Shown: positions 32,890-36,610 of the stretch, in pieces
Layout of the letters: the number at the start of each line of letters is the position of its first letter
Position numbering within the stretch: the first letter of the stretch is position 1
IMG/VR virus record: IMGVR_UViG_3300037801_000074
Coordinates: 1 to 36,610 of that record
Strand: one strand, 5' to 3'
Length of the DNA: 36,610 nucleotides
From: a virus
Lineage: Duplodnaviria > Caudoviricetes
The notes under the pieces: generated by a model
The model's input: only the letters and a program-made list of their open reading frames with translations
Told to the model about the DNA's origin: nothing
Database searches by the model: none
Program-made: the position numbers and the translations under genes

Positions 32890-35724
32890 ATGGCACTAAC
32901 AGTAGGTGAATTAAACGCAGTATTGACTGTTAATGATACTAATTTTGGCAAAACCCTTGACGAAGCTAAAAATAAAATGGAAAAAGTAGCCCATGAAGGT
33001 TTAGAGATGGGTGATGACATTAACAAAGGCATGGAAAAAGGTAAAAAGGGTAGCAATAGTCTTAATAAAAATTTAGATAAAAACGATAGAAAATTAAAAA
33101 AAGGACAAAAATCAGCTAAGTCATTTGGTGAAAAAGTAGGTAAGGCTTTTAAAATAGCCGCAGTTACAGCATTTGCAAGACAAATAGGTGTAGTTGCTAA
33201 ACAGATGGCAGACCTTGCACTAGAAGCACAAGAGAGTGCGGCGGCTTTTGAGATAACATTTGCAGGTAGCGTTGACGAAGTAACACGTTTTGTTAATAAG
33301 ATGTCACATGCTTTTGGTATGACAAGAGCAGAGATGCAACAAGTAATGGCAGTCACAGGGTCGGTTATACAAGGTTTAGGTTTAAATAGTCAAGCCGCGG
33401 CAGAAATGTCAACAAAGATTTTAAATCTTTCAGGTGACTTGGCGGCTTTTATGAATATTCAGGAAGGCGCTTCAATGCCTGCAAACGCCATGCGTAAAGC
33501 ATTAACAGGTGAGTTTGAGAGCTTAAAATCGCTAGGTATCGTACTGCGAAGCGCAGAAATTGAAACACGTGCATTAGCCATGACTAACAAGAAGTCAGTC
33601 AAAGATTTGACACAAGCTGAAAAAGCAACAGTGTCACTTATGCTTATTGAAGAAAAAATGGGTCACATTAAAGGTCAGCTAGGTCGTGAAGCTGAAGGTG
33701 CGGCAAACCAAATAAGACAATTGCGTGCAGAGTTTAAAGAGATGCAAACATCAGTAGGTTTTATGTTATTGCCTATGGTAGAAGAATTAATACCTGCAAT
33801 ACGTGACATGATGCCTGCTTTTGAAGGTGTTGCATCTATGATAGCAAATTTAGTTAAGGCAGTGCTTACAGGATTTATGCCTGCATTTCAGGTTGTAGCA
33901 GATATAATTGCATTAATAGCGCCAAATATTGAAATACTTGCACATTTTGCAGGTGTTGTGTTAAAAAAAGCATTTCAGATTATTGCTGATTTATTAAATG
34001 CAACGTTAATACCTGCACTTGAAGCTGTAAACCAATTATATACTTTTATTGCTAACACACTCGGTTACACAACAGAAGCACAAAAAAAATACAACAGAGA
34101 AGCAGAAACAGCAGAAGGTGTTATACAAAGATTAACTGATGCTATTGACGCAGGTGTTGACCCACAAGTTGCTTTTAACAATGCTATGAAGGACGCAAAT
34201 GATTTAGGAATAGAACAAAGTGAAGTCTATGACGATGCAACGCAAATTGCATTTGGATTTAGCGATGCAAAGCAAGCAGAAATAAAAGCGTTAATAACTG
34301 CAAAAAAAGCGCATTTAGAAAATTTACAAGCTACAGCAAACAGTTCTTATCAATCATATATTTATGAAAAACAAATAGAAGCTACTGAAGGTGAATTATA
34401 CGATTTAGAACAACAATTAATAGCAAACGAATATGCACAATATGGTTATATAAGAGCGCAAGGTATGGCTACTGAAGGAACAGAAGTATTTACAGATGAA
34501 ACAGAAGAAGCTACAGAAGAAGTCAAAAAAAATACTGTTGAACTTGGTAAAAATACACAAGCTAAATTAGACAACTTGAATATACAAAACGAGAGCTTAA
34601 CTGCTTTATCAGGTTTTTTAAATGCAACTATGCAACTTAATGAATTATTAAAAGAAGAAGGCGTAGAGCAAGAAAAACTAAACACATTAATGGCAAAACG
34701 AGCAGAAATACAAAAGTTAGTTAACAAACACAAAGGTGTAGGTGAAGTACAAACAGAAGTTGAATTAGCACAGATAGCTAAGTTGAGAGCGCAAGAAGCA
34801 AAACTGTTAGAACAAAAACAAAAGGGTATAGACTTACGTTTAGAAATTGCAGGTGCAGAATTAGATTTACAAGACGCAATAGTAGCTAAAGATGAAAAAG
34901 GTGAAGAAGCAGATGCTAGAGATGAACTGCGTATTAAACAACAACGTCTTAGATTAGAACAACTAAAAGCTGAACAAGATACAAGCAAAGATGTAACTAT
35001 TGAACTAGCGCAAGTACAACAAAACTTAAACGATGCAATAAAACAATCAACTATGGCATCACAAGAGTTTTTACAAGCAGAAAAAGCGTTAGCACTTGTT
35101 AATAAAGATATTGCTAAACAAGAAACTGCTTTAGCTGATGCAAGAATATCAACTGACGAAAATCAGTTAGAACTTGCACAAGCCAAATTAGCAGTAGAAA
35201 ATGCAAGAGTTATGATAACTGATAAAAATATGATGCACGAAGCACGTCAATCATTAATGTCAATAATGGGTATGTCAGGTAAAGAAGTTGACGAATTTTT
35301 ATCAGGCATGGGTATAAATGTAAACAGAGTAATTAAACCATTAGCTGACGCTGACTTTGGTGAAGATTTTGACACAAGTTCATTTTTCAAAAAAGAAACA
35401 GAAACAGATAAACCTGATACAGAAACAACAACAACAAATGGCGACAATTTATTTACAAAAGAATTAAATAAAACATTACGTGGTGGTGGTGGTGGTGCAT
35501 CTATGGGATTTGGTGGCAAAGCATTTTTAGGCGACCACTCGTTAGACTTAGGTGATAGAAATAGTGTTGCTAGTAGGGTATTAGATAATTTTAATAAAGG
35601 ACAATCATCAACTAACGTAGTTGTAAACATAGACCCTACACTTGATGCTGAAGCTAAAGTTGATAAACAGTTGGCAGACTTTAACGATAGATTAAACGTT
35701 GGCAGAAGGTTTAAAGTATTGTAA
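32890..35724 (+). CDS. Tape measure protein
   Basis: MALTVGEL.A.L; GDLAAF.N..ALTGE.ESLKSLG; long helical body; synteny. Confidence 0.9.
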   Translation: MALTVGELNAVLTVNDTNFGKTLDEAKNKMEKVAHEGLEMGDDINKGMEKGKKGSNSLNKNLDKNDRKLKKGQKSAKSFGEKVGKAFKIAAVTAFARQIGVVAKQMADLALEAQESAAAFEITFAGSVDEVTRFVNKMSHAFGMTRAEMQQVMAVTGSVIQGLGLNSQAAAEMSTKILNLSGDLAAFMNIQEGASMPANAMRKALTGEFESLKSLGIVLRSAEIETRALAMTNKKSVKDLTQAEKATVSLMLIEEKMGHIKGQLGREAEGAANQIRQLRAEFKEMQTSVGFMLLPMVEELIPAIRDMMPAFEGVASMIANLVKAVLTGFMPAFQVVADIIALIAPNIEILAHFAGVVLKKAFQIIADLLNATLIPALEAVNQLYTFIANTLGYTTEAQKKYNREAETAEGVIQRLTDAIDAGVDPQVAFNNAMKDANDLGIEQSEVYDDATQIAFGFSDAKQAEIKALITAKKAHLENLQATANSSYQSYIYEKQIEATEGELYDLEQQLIANEYAQYGYIRAQGMATEGTEVFTDETEEATEEVKKNTVELGKNTQAKLDNLNIQNESLTALSGFLNATMQLNELLKEEGVEQEKLNTLMAKRAEIQKLVNKHKGVGEVQTEVELAQIAKLRAQEAKLLEQKQKGIDLRLEIAGAELDLQDAIVAKDEKGEEADARDELRIKQQRLRLEQLKAEQDTSKDVTIELAQVQQNLNDAIKQSTMASQEFLQAEKALALVNKDIAKQETALADARISTDENQLELAQAKLAVENARVMITDKNMMHEARQSLMSIMGMSGKEVDEFLSGMGINVNRVIKPLADADFGEDFDTSSFFKKETETDKPDTETTTTNGDNLFTKELNKTLRGGGGGASMGFGGKAFLGDHSLDLGDRNSVASRVLDNFNKGQSSTNVVVNIDPTLDAEAKVDKQLADFNDRLNVGRRFKVL

Positions 35725-36610
35725 TGTCAACAGTTAATGTAATAATTGGTGGCACTTCATATAACGCATTAGAAAACAAAGTTGTAGTAGATGATAATGC
35801 AGAAACTAGAAGTCGTGCAGTAGTACAAATATATGACGATAAAACAGGTGGTAACTTTTATTCTTTTGAGCCATATCAAAGCATAGAAATACAAGACGCA
35901 AGTTCTAATACTGTATTTAAAGGTGTAGTTATAAAACCTGTTGCTACACTAATAAGCCCAACAAAGCGTATGTGGCGTTTACAGTGTGCTGACAATCACT
36001 TCTTTGTTGATAAAAGAATAGTTGCTAGGGGTTACACTAATCAAAAAGCAGGCGATATTGTTAAAGACTTAATAGCAAACGTATTTAGTGCAGAAGGTAT
36101 TAGTGAAGGAACAATAGACGATTTAGCTACTTTAAAAAACATGGTCTTTAACTATGTAAATGGTGACAGAGCGTTACGTACATTATCTGAATTGACTAAC
36201 GCAGTTTGGTATGTTGATGAAGATAAAAAGTTACATTTTTATGAGCGTACAAGTAATAATGCGCCATTTGCTGTAAGAGCTGACGATGTTTTAACTACAC
36301 CACCACCATATTTTGACAAAGCTAACTTTAAATATAGGAACAGTCAATACATTACAAATGTCAAAAACGTTACAGATAGTCAACAAGAGTTTTTTATTGG
36401 TGATGGAACTAGACAAACTTTTAATGTTGGTTATCCACTTGCACAAACACCAACAATTGAAGTTAACACAGGTAGTGGTTATGTAACACAAGATTTAGGA
36501 ATACTTGGTGTTGATGAAGGTAAAGATTTTTATTATTTAGTTGGTAGTACAGAGATAGTGCAAGACTTTTCTGACACAGCTTTATCTTCTACAGATAGTT
36601 TAAGAATAAC
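35724..36610 (+). CDS. Tail hub/minor tail protein, 3'-truncated
   Basis: Manual translation MSTVNVIIGG...AGDIVKDLI...WYVDEDKKLHF; no stop seen; TAATG-coupled to the tape measure gene. Confidence 0.7.
   Translation, partial: MSTVNVIIGGTSYNALENKVVVDDNAETRSRAVVQIYDDKTGGNFYSFEPYQSIEIQDASSNTVFKGVVIKPVATLISPTKRMWRLQCADNHFFVDKRIVARGYTNQKAGDIVKDLIANVFSAEGISEGTIDDLATLKNMVFNYVNGDRALRTLSELTNAVWYVDEDKKLHFYERTSNNAPFAVRADDVLTTPPPYFDKANFKYRNSQYITNVKNVTDSQQEFFIGDGTRQTFNVGYPLAQTPTIEVNTGSGYVTQDLGILGVDEGKDFYYLVGSTEIVQDFSDTALSSTDSLRI

Noticed and set aside
35481-35496. (GGT)n repeat in the tape measure gene
   Set aside because: Simple poly-Gly linker; no sign of phase variation
35942-35950. TGCTACACT promoter-like motif inside the hub gene
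   Set aside because: No TTGCA -35 and no ATG at 6-8 nt; compatible with Val-Ala-Thr-Leu coding
1199-36491. Many antisense or nested ORFs in the track (e.g. 17317-17844, 19810-20319, 32769-33356, 34446-34988, 5328-5564)
   Set aside because: They shadow well-supported genes and lack RBS, promoter or recognisable motifs
1-36610. CRISPR array, diversity-generating retroelement, intron or intein
   Set aside because: No repeat-spacer periodicity, reverse transcriptase or TR/VR pair seen; terL, portal and capsid genes are uninterrupted and of normal length

Overview
Most of a low-GC (roughly one-third G+C by eye) tailed-phage genome of siphovirus type. The window opens in the tail-fibre/accessory genes and ends in the tail-hub gene. 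Order: tandem paralogous tail-associated genes; lysis block (PGRP-type amidase, metallophosphoesterase, r1t-like holin); leftward ssDNA-annealing gene; early/replication block (two HTH proteins, initiator with internal iterons, HNH, ABC-ATPase-GNAT fusion, small ORFs); a structured non-coding region; ParB-like gene, terS, terL, SPP1-type portal; a 2700-aa minor capsid (MuF-like) protein carrying zeta-toxin-like and ADP-ribosyltransferase-like domains; a ~4.2 kb island of small ORFs; scaffold, major capsid, neck, tail tube, frameshifted chaperone, tape measure and hub. I saw no integrase, tRNA or CRISPR array. Actinobacterial-type genes, leaderless promoters and low GC suggest a streamlined aquatic actinobacterial host such as Ca. 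Actinomarina (inference only). Best leads: (1) a promoter- and terminator-bounded ~69-nt sRNA whose anti-Shine-Dalgarno seed matches the AAGGG(G)AT ribosome-binding sites of the phage's own early genes, but not the late-gene sites I checked; (2) the giant multi-toxin head protein with candidate immunity ORFs; (3) paired CAGG(A)-loop hairpins before terS and scaffold. All protein calls come from motif recognition by eye; no database searches were run.
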